From the sequence record OR515477.1: a stretch of 64,000 bases of DNA; one strand, written 5' to 3'. Under the pieces are notes generated by a model, which worked only from the letters and a program-made list of their open reading frames with translations, made no database searches and had not been told where the DNA came from. A program made the position numbers and the translations under genes. Positions 16,781 to 25,293 of the stretch are shown piece after piece. How positions within the stretch are numbered: the stretch's first letter is position 1; every line of letters starts with the position of its first letter. This DNA is from Escherichia phage Es2.

Positions 16781-17212
16781 ATGAACAAAGTCGATAAAGC
16801 CTTAGTTTTCGCAGCAGCAGATAAGTTTGAACAAGTCAAGGCAACTTTCCGAACCTTGTTCCAGTCTTACGTTCAAGATAAGTCTAATCCTATTTCTGAA
16901 CGCTTAATGGTTTGGGAATGTCATGCTTGCAATGCCCTGCTAATTGCGGATTATCGTAGTGATATAGATAAAGATCTCTGTGAAATCCTCATCCCTGAGG
17001 AAGCAGAACGTTATCAGCTAATCTCTTTTCAAGATTTGGCAGAGCACATAATCCCTGATGATCTTTGGGATAAATACTATGGTGATCCTGAAGATGAGGG
17101 GATGACTCCAGAAGCATGTATTGAGTTAATCTGTAAGGATCATCCTGAAATTGCAGAAAAATTTGAAAAAGTTTTTGCTTCTGAGTTCTCTGGTGTTGTT
17201 AACGATTGGTAA
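16781..17212 (+). CDS. hypothetical early protein
   Basis: Track ORF 143 aa. Confidence 0.6.
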   Translation: MNKVDKALVFAAADKFEQVKATFRTLFQSYVQDKSNPISERLMVWECHACNALLIADYRSDIDKDLCEILIPEEAERYQLISFQDLAEHIIPDDLWDKYYGDPEDEGMTPEACIELICKDHPEIAEKFEKVFASEFSGVVNDW

Positions 17213-17228
17213 GTAATTAAAAAATTCA

Positions 17229-17257
17229 GTTGCTTTAAGCCTTAAAATTCTGTATAA
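17229..17257 (+). promoter_or_regulatory. early-type sigma70 promoter
   Basis: TTGCTT - 17 bp - TGTATAAT, leader TCATAAATTAATGAGAGAGG. Confidence 0.7.
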
Positions 17258-17272
17258 TAAGTTCATAAATTA

Positions 17273-17542
17273 ATGAGAGAGGAAATTCTAATGGAAAACA
17301 TGACTAAAAATGAAATGGCTAACGTTCTGGCAATTCTCCTCGACATGCAGGGTTTTGAGGGTCAGCTCATGAAGATGTCTATTCCGGCAATGAAAAAGAT
17401 GTATGATTCTCTGAATAAGAATGCTATGGCATTCAACCTTGCAAAACAGGAAGCACGTTTTGCTAAAGAGCATCAAGCGACTGCCGAACGTCGTGCAGCA
17501 TCTTTTGAGCGTGAAGTTAAGCAACTGAAAGGTAAGAAATAA
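17273..17542 (+). CDS. hypothetical early protein
   Basis: Track ORF 89 aa. Confidence 0.55.
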   Translation: MREEILMENMTKNEMANVLAILLDMQGFEGQLMKMSIPAMKKMYDSLNKNAMAFNLAKQEARFAKEHQATAERRAASFEREVKQLKGKK

Positions 17543-17564
17543 GGACTAAGGGAGTATATAATTA

Positions 17565-17846
17565 ATGTTGATTGAAATTCTTATTGGGTTACTAGTTCTT
17601 ACTACCCTAGTAGCGATTGGCGGAGTTATTGGGATTGTGAATGCACGAAAAAGCATGGAAAATATGCTTATTACTAATGATGGACTACACCACCGTTTGC
17701 TAGAGCAAGAGCAGGATATTGAATTAGCACAAAGACGCTCGGATATTCTTAAGGAAAAATTAAATAATATAGAAGCAATAGTTGGGAATAATAAATTACC
17801 TGCTAAAGTAATGCGTACACAGATAATCACGGAGATTAAAAAATGA
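17565..17846 (+). CDS. hypothetical membrane-anchored protein
   Basis: Track ORF 93 aa, N-terminal TM helix. Confidence 0.55.
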   Translation: MLIEILIGLLVLTTLVAIGGVIGIVNARKSMENMLITNDGLHHRLLEQEQDIELAQRRSDILKEKLNNIEAIVGNNKLPAKVMRTQIITEIKK

Positions 17847-18088
17847 TGATGTTTATTCTAGCGTTTTATCTAATTGTGGTTGGTGTACTGGTTACTAAGT
17901 ATCACACATGGACACCAAAGAATGTAGGTAAGGTAGCACTGTTTGTTATCCCAGTTCCACTTATTATCTTTTCTATGTTACTGGTGATGTTAATTGGTAA
18001 AGTAACAAAAACTGATATTAAACGTATTGCTGATGAATTGCAACAGTCTTGTGATATGGTAGAGGATATTATTAAAGATGAAGCTTAA
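17843..18088 (+). CDS. hypothetical membrane protein
   Basis: Track ORF 81 aa, two hydrophobic segments. Confidence 0.55.
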   Translation: MMMFILAFYLIVVGVLVTKYHTWTPKNVGKVALFVIPVPLIIFSMLLVMLIGKVTKTDIKRIADELQQSCDMVEDIIKDEA

Positions 18089-18404
18089 TTTTAATGAATT
18101 AAATACCTTACATGAGATATTACAGTTTGTGAATAATAATATTAGTATTCCAGATGATACTCTAGAAGTTCTCATGTTAATCGAGAAAAAGGTAGGAATT
18201 GAAATTGAGGATTCTTGGAAACCACTTTCTGTATTAACACCACTTAATATAAAAGTGATAGTTAAAAATATTGATACTGGTGAAGAGTGTGAAATGATTC
18301 GTAAAGAACTAGCTGATAGTTATTCACCAAAGTCTGTAGTAATGTACCATGATGATACTCCTAAGGTTCTACAGACAGCTAATTACGTATGGCGTCTACC
18401 ATGA
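18078..18404 (+). CDS. hypothetical early protein
   Basis: Track ORF 108 aa. Confidence 0.55.
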   Translation: MKLNFNELNTLHEILQFVNNNISIPDDTLEVLMLIEKKVGIEIEDSWKPLSVLTPLNIKVIVKNIDTGEECEMIRKELADSYSPKSVVMYHDDTPKVLQTANYVWRLP

Positions 18405-18503
18405 TTGATCTAGTACCAGTTACTGCGGGGCTAATAGCATTGCTAGTATTAGCAGTATTCATTATTGTGGAGCAGGCCAAAGTAATAAGGAGACTTAAAA
18501 ACA

Positions 18504-18704
18504 ATGATAAAACGTCTTGTTTATCAGGCACCAAAGATTGTAACTGAGTATTTTGTATTACTGCCTCAGATTGTATTTCTAACAGCATTATTTAATATAC
18601 TTTTTCGACATCTAGGAATAACGGAAAATATCTTCTACACTTCTGAACTACTTCCCTTTATGTACGAAGGCATCATCGTGGCAATTAACGGAGTTCGTAA
18701 ATGA
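18504..18704 (+). CDS. hypothetical early protein
   Basis: Track ORF 66 aa with AGGAGA RBS. Confidence 0.5.
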   Translation: MIKRLVYQAPKIVTEYFVLLPQIVFLTALFNILFRHLGITENIFYTSELLPFMYEGIIVAINGVRK

Positions 18705-19162
18705 CAGCACTACAACAACTACAGAATTACTGGTTTGATAACCAATTTAACGATCTCTTTATCCAGTTGTTTGTCGAAACGAACGGACGCTTCAACTACC
18801 GATTCTTTAATAAGTTTCACGAAACAAAATTCTCCCATACAGAAATTAACGCAGCAATTCAGGACTTAACAGGTTCTAAGGTAATTCAGTATCGTGAAGT
18901 AGACTTTACACCAGATTGTTTTGGATTTGAATTGTTTAAGAAAGCGTATAAATTTGGCAAGTTTGAGGATGCTCGTCAATGGGTTCATGATTTCTGGTAT
19001 AATACCGATATTGTTCCTAGTCGTGTGCTGATTCTTAACTGGATTGCTAAACAACACCCACCTAAAGCTCAATCGTCCTTCTTACCAACTGACACAGGAA
19101 ACCTTTACCATGACAGAAAAGAAAAATCCATTGCTGGAGCAGATGAAGGAATGGGAGAGTAA
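18701..19162 (+). CDS. hypothetical early protein
   Basis: Track ORF 153 aa. Confidence 0.6.
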   Translation: MTALQQLQNYWFDNQFNDLFIQLFVETNGRFNYRFFNKFHETKFSHTEINAAIQDLTGSKVIQYREVDFTPDCFGFELFKKAYKFGKFEDARQWVHDFWYNTDIVPSRVLILNWIAKQHPPKAQSSFLPTDTGNLYHDRKEKSIAGADEGMGE

Positions 19163-19481
19163 TATTGAAACTGGTCTAGTAGACGGAGAAGATATTGTTA
19201 ACTCTATGCTAGAAGTAACAGTGGATAATATTAACCCTATTTTGGCCGGGGAAACCTCAGATCTTATAGGACTTTCTAGTACATTCGATTCTTTGGCTAA
19301 ATTAGCCTTAGATAACGAAGAGATAACCAAAGAAGATCTCGCTACAGCTATGAATATGGCTATTAACGCCTATATTGGTAAACGTACTGATGAACTCGAT
19401 AAACAAATCAAAAAGCGTGATACAACGTTAGATCTTATGGAAATGGCCACTATGTTAAGAAGTGGTAAACAACTTCATTAA
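19110..19481 (+). CDS. hypothetical early protein
   Basis: Track ORF 19044..19481 trimmed to internal ATG at 19110; start uncertain. Confidence 0.45.
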   Translation: MTEKKNPLLEQMKEWESNIETGLVDGEDIVNSMLEVTVDNINPILAGETSDLIGLSSTFDSLAKLALDNEEITKEDLATAMNMAINAYIGKRTDELDKQIKKRDTTLDLMEMATMLRSGKQLH

Positions 19482-19486
19482 TTTTA

Positions 19487-19517
19487 GGGGCCAGGACTTA
19501 ATTGTTCTGGCCTTTTG
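19487..19517 (+). terminator. intrinsic terminator
   Basis: Hairpin GGCCAG...CTGGCC followed by TTTT. Confidence 0.6.
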
Positions 19518-19535
19518 TGTTTCAAGGAACTCCAA

Positions 19536-19739
19536 ATGCAAGTATACGTCCTTACTAGAGACATAAATGAGTATAATCAGGATGGTGAGTATTTTGTAAA
19601 AGTGTTCGCTGAAAAGCCAAGTAAACAACAACTATTAGACGCTGGAGTACCAGAAGACCAGGCTAAGTATATACTACAAGATAAAGAATTTACTGGAGAT
19701 GCTTACGAATGCTTCCATCTTAGTTGTGAGAATATCTAA
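19536..19739 (+). CDS. hypothetical early protein
   Basis: Track ORF 19515..19739 trimmed to ATG at 19536 with AAGGAA RBS. Confidence 0.5.
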   Translation: MQVYVLTRDINEYNQDGEYFVKVFAEKPSKQQLLDAGVPEDQAKYILQDKEFTGDAYECFHLSCENI

Positions 19740-19740
19740 T

Positions 19741-20187
19741 ATGAGAGAAAAAGTAAATGAATTATTAATCGAGGAAGCGAACAACTTCCCAATAAATAGG
19801 TTTATCAAATCGGATGGATCTATTAATAGAACTAAGATTAAGCAGTTACACCCCGACTTTCAACAAGAAGCGCTAAATCTTATATTTGTCAAGAAAGCTG
19901 TTGCAGCTCATGGGGTTTTCTTCGGGTATGAGCGTGTAAATTATAAGACAATGCAACAGCAGGTTGAGATATATTGTCCAGACCACAAGGGTTATTACTG
20001 GCAAACTGCTAGATCTCATTTAGAAGGGCATGGTTGTCGACTGTGCGCACACAAGGTTGTGCAGCGTATCACGGATTATGGAACTTATACCGTACCAGCA
20101 TGTTATCATAAATTTGTAATTGACGATAACCATATAGTTTGGTATAATAAGTTTTCAAAGTTAAGAATGGAGATAAATAGTGAGTAG
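19741..20187 (+). CDS. hypothetical protein with Cys/His cluster
   Basis: Track ORF 19699..20187 trimmed to ATG at 19741; CPDH...HGCRLCAH motif. Confidence 0.5.
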   Translation: MREKVNELLIEEANNFPINRFIKSDGSINRTKIKQLHPDFQQEALNLIFVKKAVAAHGVFFGYERVNYKTMQQQVEIYCPDHKGYYWQTARSHLEGHGCRLCAHKVVQRITDYGTYTVPACYHKFVIDDNHIVWYNKFSKLRMEINSE

Positions 20188-20470
20188 CTACATTGTATGG
20201 TCAAATCCATTAGCAGCACTTAGTAATAAATTATTTAAAACAGAATGGGGTAAAAACGAAATAGACTTAGGTAGTCGCCCAATACCAAATAAGCACCCAT
20301 TAGTACCCGAGCTATATAGGGTAGTTATAAATGGCACAGAGTATTTGGTCGATAAATTTGACAGAAAACGTTTACTAGAGGGTATCTACGATAATTCTAT
20401 ATCAATAAATGAATTAGTGGAACATGCCCAAATATATGATAAAAGCTGGATGTTAATATGGAAATCATAG
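20180..20470 (+). CDS. hypothetical early protein
   Basis: Track ORF 96 aa. Confidence 0.55.
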   Translation: MSSYIVWSNPLAALSNKLFKTEWGKNEIDLGSRPIPNKHPLVPELYRVVINGTEYLVDKFDRKRLLEGIYDNSISINELVEHAQIYDKSWMLIWKS

Positions 20471-20691
20471 CAATTATTTTAGTAGTTATGTTATTCATCG
20501 TAGTACTTGTATCTTTTGCTATTATGAGCAGAGCTAGAGAACTAGCAGAAGATCTAACAAAATTACGTGGTGAAGTGGCCGCCCTTAAACTACAGCGTGA
20601 GGCTTTAAAGTTGTTTGTAGTTCAGGGTAGCGTAGCTCATACACCAGAAGACTTCATCATATACCTCAAACGCTATATGGGGATTAAATAA
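20458..20691 (+). CDS. hypothetical membrane protein
   Basis: Track ORF 77 aa, N-terminal TM helix. Confidence 0.5.
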   Translation: MEIIAIILVVMLFIVVLVSFAIMSRARELAEDLTKLRGEVAALKLQREALKLFVVQGSVAHTPEDFIIYLKRYMGIK

Positions 20692-20876
20692 TGGAAACAC
20701 TTTTTCTTTTAATGCTCGTAGGTTCGTTAGTAGTTATATTAGCACTCCTATTAATCTGTAATATTCTTAATAATAAGAATTTAGGACTAAAGTGTGAGAA
20801 CCAAATCCTTAATCGTGAACTTGAGCAATATAACCTAGCAGCCCATAAACTATTAGACAAACTGGAGAATAAATAA
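20691..20876 (+). CDS. hypothetical membrane protein
   Basis: Track ORF 61 aa, N-terminal TM helix. Confidence 0.5.
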   Translation: METLFLLMLVGSLVVILALLLICNILNNKNLGLKCENQILNRELEQYNLAAHKLLDKLENK

Positions 20877-21475
20877 TGTTCACACAACAACCTATTCAAG
20901 TAGTACCAGACCATGAACTGAACACATGGGATTATAGCTTTAAAGATTTAACTGCTACTGTACAATTCAAATCTATGAAGCTAACATTTGCACACACTGA
21001 CCTTAGAGCATGTAAAGATCTTGAAGGTAAGCTAGAAGATGCTCGTAAGATTTTTGGCAAGGCTCGCATCCCGGCTGATAACCTGATTAATGCACTGATC
21101 GATGCAGGATACAAACTCGTGAAGGCTGAGGTTAACCGTCCTAGTACTCCAGTGACTATTAGAGATCCGTGGCAATCAGGGCCAATCGCAATGCTAAATA
21201 AATCATCGGATTTGCACAATGTTCCATGTGGCGGTACGCTGTCGTCTAATCAATCCTATCGAGTTGGGGAAGATTATGGGCCTTCTATACAGTTGAAACA
21301 TACTCAAGAAGCTCTTGAGTCTGACATGAAAAGCGTAGCACCGGGGAACTCTGGAGTTTCTAGGAATTCTGTCTATACTGTTCATTTAAACAATCCTGGT
21401 AATCATGGAAGTTTAGAGGATGCTATTATGGAGGCGTTGGGAGCTGTCATTAATGAAGATAAGAGAGGTAATTAA
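20876..21475 (+). CDS. hypothetical early protein
   Basis: Track ORF 199 aa. Confidence 0.6.
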   Translation: MFTQQPIQVVPDHELNTWDYSFKDLTATVQFKSMKLTFAHTDLRACKDLEGKLEDARKIFGKARIPADNLINALIDAGYKLVKAEVNRPSTPVTIRDPWQSGPIAMLNKSSDLHNVPCGGTLSSNQSYRVGEDYGPSIQLKHTQEALESDMKSVAPGNSGVSRNSVYTVHLNNPGNHGSLEDAIMEALGAVINEDKRGN

Positions 21476-21822
21476 TGATATTTGGTAAAACAAAAATAGC
21501 CCCTGCTGGGGAAAATTTAATTACTCTTAGCCTCTACTATAAGGATGAAAATGTAGAAATAGAAACATTAGAGTATGTTCTTATAAATACTAATAAGCCT
21601 AAAATAGGAGAGTTACTTGGTATAATCTCTAATATCTCTGATAGGGAAGATATTCCAAGTATAACACCAAAGAATATAGCTCACTTAGCACAACAATTAG
21701 GAATCTTGTGGTATAAAGTAGATCTTCCAGCTAAAGAAAGAACCAAAGGAACCTTTGCAGAGATCGCAAGAAAACCTAAGTCAGAAAAGAAAGAAACAGG
21801 GGAGCAAGCGTCTGATATATGA
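21475..21822 (+). CDS. hypothetical early protein
   Basis: Track ORF 115 aa. Confidence 0.55.
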   Translation: MIFGKTKIAPAGENLITLSLYYKDENVEIETLEYVLINTNKPKIGELLGIISNISDREDIPSITPKNIAHLAQQLGILWYKVDLPAKERTKGTFAEIARKPKSEKKETGEQASDI

Positions 21823-22532
21823 TTAAAGAAGCCGAAAAATTAAAACGTCTCATCCAGCTAGCGCGGGGTGCTACACAAAAGAGTCTTTCCCAGCTAACTA
21901 ATGAAGAAAAATATGCAGTAATGTTTTTAGGAGATCATTATCCTGCTAGGTGGGATAAAGGTAAGATCAAGTATGATCGTGATGCAAAACAAGTTGTTTG
22001 GTCAGGCTCATATGTAGAAGTGAATAAAGCATTAAAGGCTTTAGATCCTGAAGCAAAAGGTTTCTCTTCTAATGCTATTCATATTCTAATTGATGAAGAT
22101 CTCCCAAGATTTAAGGAAGCATCATTTAAAGAAGCATTAGCTAGTGAAGATCTTATTCCTTTTAAACACGGTAAGTATGCACATCTTCCACCACTAGAAA
22201 AAGAGAAACCTACTCTAGTTAAAGATGAAGTTTATCGTGGGATTGGCACAATGCTAGCGAGTTTGACTGTAGCTCTCCATAAAGATCTAGAGTTAACGCC
22301 CCTAGAAAACGCTGTGCATTTCATGTGCCATAAGTACGAGGATACATTTAAAGAGCTATGTAAGTCGCTAGGAATGCCAAGTTACACGATATTAAACTAT
22401 GCTCCTGAATATACTAGAGCAGCTCGTGGAACTATGGATTACGATGATACAGGATCCACTGCTTCCTATTTAGCAACTTATATCTACTTCGCATCCTTAG
22501 GTATCAAACTCAAATCCAAGAAGGAGGAATAA
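21819..22532 (+). CDS. hypothetical early protein
   Basis: Track ORF 237 aa; last coding gene before the repeat region. Confidence 0.6.
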   Translation: MIKEAEKLKRLIQLARGATQKSLSQLTNEEKYAVMFLGDHYPARWDKGKIKYDRDAKQVVWSGSYVEVNKALKALDPEAKGFSSNAIHILIDEDLPRFKEASFKEALASEDLIPFKHGKYAHLPPLEKEKPTLVKDEVYRGIGTMLASLTVALHKDLELTPLENAVHFMCHKYEDTFKELCKSLGMPSYTILNYAPEYTRAARGTMDYDDTGSTASYLATYIYFASLGIKLKSKKEE

Positions 22533-22549
22533 AAGTTAACAAAAAGTTC

Positions 22550-22579
22550 TTGCATTCTCATACCCAAACATGTTATAAT
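22550..22579 (+). promoter_or_regulatory. sigma70-like promoter firing into the non-coding repeat region
   Basis: TTGCAT - 18 bp - TATAAT; no ORF downstream. Confidence 0.45.
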
Positions 22580-22918
22580 AATCTCATAGATTAACAACTA
22601 CTCTAGTTGATTAACTCTAGGGGCGATGATTATTACACGAATGTCTCGTATAGCTTGCGGCCTAGCAACAGCGGTATGACGGCATGAGTACTCACGTAAT
22701 TAATCACGCGCCCACAGGAGAGACTCTCATGAAATTGGGGGTCTCTTTTTCTTTATATTATTTAAATATTTTTAATGGCAATATCTGTGTTCAAGATGAT
22801 ACACCTGTTGCCGCTCATCTGCTAGGATGGCACAACACTTTCTTCTAGACTCCTAAGTTTCTAGGAATAGTTGAGCACTAACTCTAGAGTTTACATTAAA
22901 CTTTAAATCTGTTTCTCT

Positions 22919-23075
22919 AGTCAACTCAGGCGGTTTTCATATTCCTAGAAACTCTAGCAATAGGCGGTTAATACAGGGCGGTTTTAGGGAGGGCGGTTAT
23001 TTCTAGAAGACATTTTTTGAAAACACATTTCTAGAAATTACTGTCGTATTTGCACACTGCATTTCTAGAAATTTA
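22919..23075. repeat. GGCGGTT direct repeats and ATTTCTAGAAAT palindromic 12-mers
   Basis: Four GGCGGTT(T/A) copies between 22919 and 23000; TTTCTAGAA(A/G) palindromes at about 23010, 23030 and 23062. Confidence 0.7.
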
Positions 23076-23643
23076 TGGTCGGATTTGCACAAACGCCTAA
23101 GTTTTTAGGAACATATAATCTCTTGAAAATGGCAGCATTATTTCGGGCCGAAGGCCCGTGATTGCCTGAGTTTTTAGAGCCACAAGAATTTTCACTTGTC
23201 AAGCTATTTTGCCCCATTTAGCAAATAAAATTTTACTTTATCTCCTCTAATCTCAAATTAACCCAAATCTTCTCAACTCTTCCCCAAAATACCCGCAAAT
23301 CAGGTGCTCCGCACCAAACATGCGCCTCTCCCACAGTTCCCCCAAAATTTCTCTCGCTCTCTCAACTTCTCCCCAAACATACACAATCACACACCCTCCA
23401 ATCGAAGCCACAAAAATCTTGTCGGATTCGCACATCTTAATCCTAGAAAAACCGTGTCGGATTTGCACATACCCCACAGGATTCGAACGCAGTTCGAGAT
23501 TGCTGGAGTTTTTAGGAAAATTCATTGTCGGATTCGCACACTATAAAAATTTTTCGGGTCGGATTTGCACACTACCAAAAATTGTCGGATTCGCACATAC
23601 ACGCCCGCACGTAACACCCGTGGAGCAATGTCGGATTTGCACA
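23042..23643 (+). repeat. eight direct copies of 15-bp motif (T/G)GTCGGATT(T/C)GCACA
   Basis: Copies at 23042, 23077, 23420, 23455, 23525, 23556, 23582 and 23629, all in the same orientation. Confidence 0.85.
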
Positions 23644-23667
23644 AAAGCGCAGGGCAATTGCCCTGCG
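23644..23667. repeat. perfect 24-bp palindrome AGCGCAGGGCAATTGCCCTGCGCT
   Basis: Read directly; centred on CAATTG, immediately after the last 15-bp repeat. Confidence 0.85.
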
Positions 23668-23880
23668 CTAAATGAGAATAAAAATAAGAATCATTCTCAT
23701 TTAGAAAGCGGAATGAGAATGATAATAATTCGCATTTAGAAAGCGAAATGAGAATCAATCTCATTTAAGAACGGAAACGAAAATTATTCAGGAAGTGAAA
23801 CGATTCTCATTTAGAAAGTGGAATGATTCTCATTTAGAAAGTGGAATGCAAATGATAATGATTCGCATTTAAGAATGGAA
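23668..23880. repeat. degenerate repeat family TCATTTAGAAAG(C/T)GGAATGA(T/G)
   Basis: At least six related copies with internal dyads (GAATGATTCTCATTC-like); a further copy at 24207-24232. Confidence 0.7.
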
Positions 23881-24012
23881 GTGAGAAACACTGTTATTTA
23901 AGTTATCCACAGACTTATCAACAGCACGATTTGACTTGACAAAATTCTAGCCATTTTGAGGCGTTATCAACAGACTTATCAACAGCTTATCCTACTGTAT
24001 AAATATACAGTA
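23880..24012. repeat. inverted-repeat arm L with DnaA-box-like 9-mers
   Basis: TTATCCACA at 23903 and TTATCAACA at 23915, 23964 and 23976; palindrome CTGTATAAATATACAG; reverse-complementary to 27111-27245. Confidence 0.8.
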
Positions 24013-24378
24013 TTCCTATGCAGTGAATAATTCTAATATACAGCTAAAACGCTCTCAAACGCATTCTAACGCGTTTAATTTTGGTGGGGATACTAAAACA
24101 CGGGCAAAATTGGAGGAGGCTTAGAAATTAGTTAGCTCGCTAACGATCACACAAGGCGACACGTAACATCCTAACCATTAGCAGGCTAACCATCGCGGGC
24201 GCGGTCAAATGAGAATGATTCTCATTTGAGAATTGGGGGCACTTCCTGATAGTTGCGCCCCGTGATTATTACAGTAGTGGGCAACCTTTACGCTTTGCCC
24301 ATTCCCGCCACTCATCTTGATGTCTAGACTTGCGACGGCGTACTAAAAACCATTTATACCAGTGATTAAACCATCGTT

Positions 24379-24582
24379 TCATAAATCCTCCTCCGGTAGT
24401 CGGTGCGTGATTTTTTCCTCCTCTCCGTAGGAATCCACTAAATGCTGATAATAACCATCGTGATCATAAATCACTTTATCATATTCGCCACGCTCGACCG
24501 CTTGTCGGTTTTCCGGCGTATCTGGCACGTAAAAAACATCAACCATTGTACTGATTTTGGTTACAACAATTTTATTGCTCAT
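24379..24582 (-). CDS. hypothetical small acidic protein
   Basis: Track ORF 67 aa; about 15 Asp/Glu against 7 Lys/Arg; last gene of the leftward operon. Confidence 0.55.
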   Translation of the reverse strand: MSNKIVVTKISTMVDVFYVPDTPENRQAVERGEYDKVIYDHDGYYQHLVDSYGEEEKITHRLPEEDL

Positions 24583-24607
24583 AATAACGCTCCGTTATTA
24601 TATAATC

Positions 24608-24952
24608 TCATTGTGCCACCTTTCGAAACGCTGTTTCAATACTTTCCGCAGTTGACTGAATATACGCGCCTTTCATGATCAGGCGCTCAGTGCATACCTT
24701 ACGGAAGATATTAATAAAATCATCTTCATTTTCTGCAATTAACGCTTCACCCATAACCTGAACGTCACAAGATGCAAAGGTCAAAAATTGAAACGCTAGT
24801 TCACGGGCAACGACCTCATTGATTTTATAATGCGCCTTGCCCTCATAAATATTAATAACGCCCTTATATGTTGGGGAAAGCTGATTTAAATAATTTGCTA
24901 ATAATGCTGGGCGGCAATTAGCAATAAAACGATTGCCTTCATAAATAACCAT
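24608..24952 (-). CDS. hypothetical protein
   Basis: Track ORF 24608..24967 trimmed to MVIYEG start with GGGAGG RBS. Confidence 0.55.
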   Translation of the reverse strand: MVIYEGNRFIANCRPALLANYLNQLSPTYKGVINIYEGKAHYKINEVVARELAFQFLTFASCDVQVMGEALIAENEDDFINIFRKVCTERLIMKGAYIQSTAESIETAFRKVAQ

Positions 24953-25079
24953 TTGACAGCCTCCCAATTAGATAGCCAGATAATAACATAAAGATCCCCA
25001 ATGAAAGGGGGTCATTTTTAAATAGGGTGGCGGTAAAACCGCCAGCCATTGCAAGGATGATAACAATAACGCTTTTCAT
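24939..25079 (-). CDS. hypothetical 46-aa membrane micro-protein
   Basis: Hand translation MKSVIVIILAMAGGFTATLFKNDPLSLGIFMLLSGYLIGRLSNGYL; overlaps neighbouring genes; below track cutoff. Confidence 0.4.
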   Translation of the reverse strand: MKSVIVIILAMAGGFTATLFKNDPLSLGIFMLLSGYLIGRLSNGYL

Positions 25080-25288
25080 AGTACCCCACGAAACGCAGCG
25101 TAAAAGGTGGCAAAATGTTTAACTGTTTCAGCTATCACGTTGCCGCGCTTGTCAAATTTCTTTTCTGTAACACGAAAGGCATTCTTATTACGTGCTACAT
25201 ATTCAATTTTACAATCTTCCCGCTCGAACGTGTTAACATCCACCAGCTTAAAGCCTTTCGAACGTGCAAGAGAAACATTGCGGATCAT
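25076..25288 (-). CDS. hypothetical basic protein
   Basis: Track ORF 70 aa; AGGAG RBS 8 nt upstream. Confidence 0.55.
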   Translation of the reverse strand: MIRNVSLARSKGFKLVDVNTFEREDCKIEYVARNKNAFRVTEKKFDKRGNVIAETVKHFATFYAAFRGVL

Positions 25289-25293
25289 TTTTA

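Noticed and set aside
23253-23764. Four overlapping track ORFs on both strands (23253..23525 -, 23304..23546 +, 23320..23739 +, 23522..23764 -)
   Set aside because: They lie entirely within the repeat arrays, overlap each other on both strands, lack ribosome-binding sites and translate to low-complexity sequence.
22900-23900. Possible CRISPR array suggested by the many short repeats
   Set aside because: Repeats are 12-21 bp of several unrelated families, irregularly spaced, partly palindromic, with no uniform spacer lengths and no cas genes nearby; consistent instead with an origin or injection-stop-type regulatory region.
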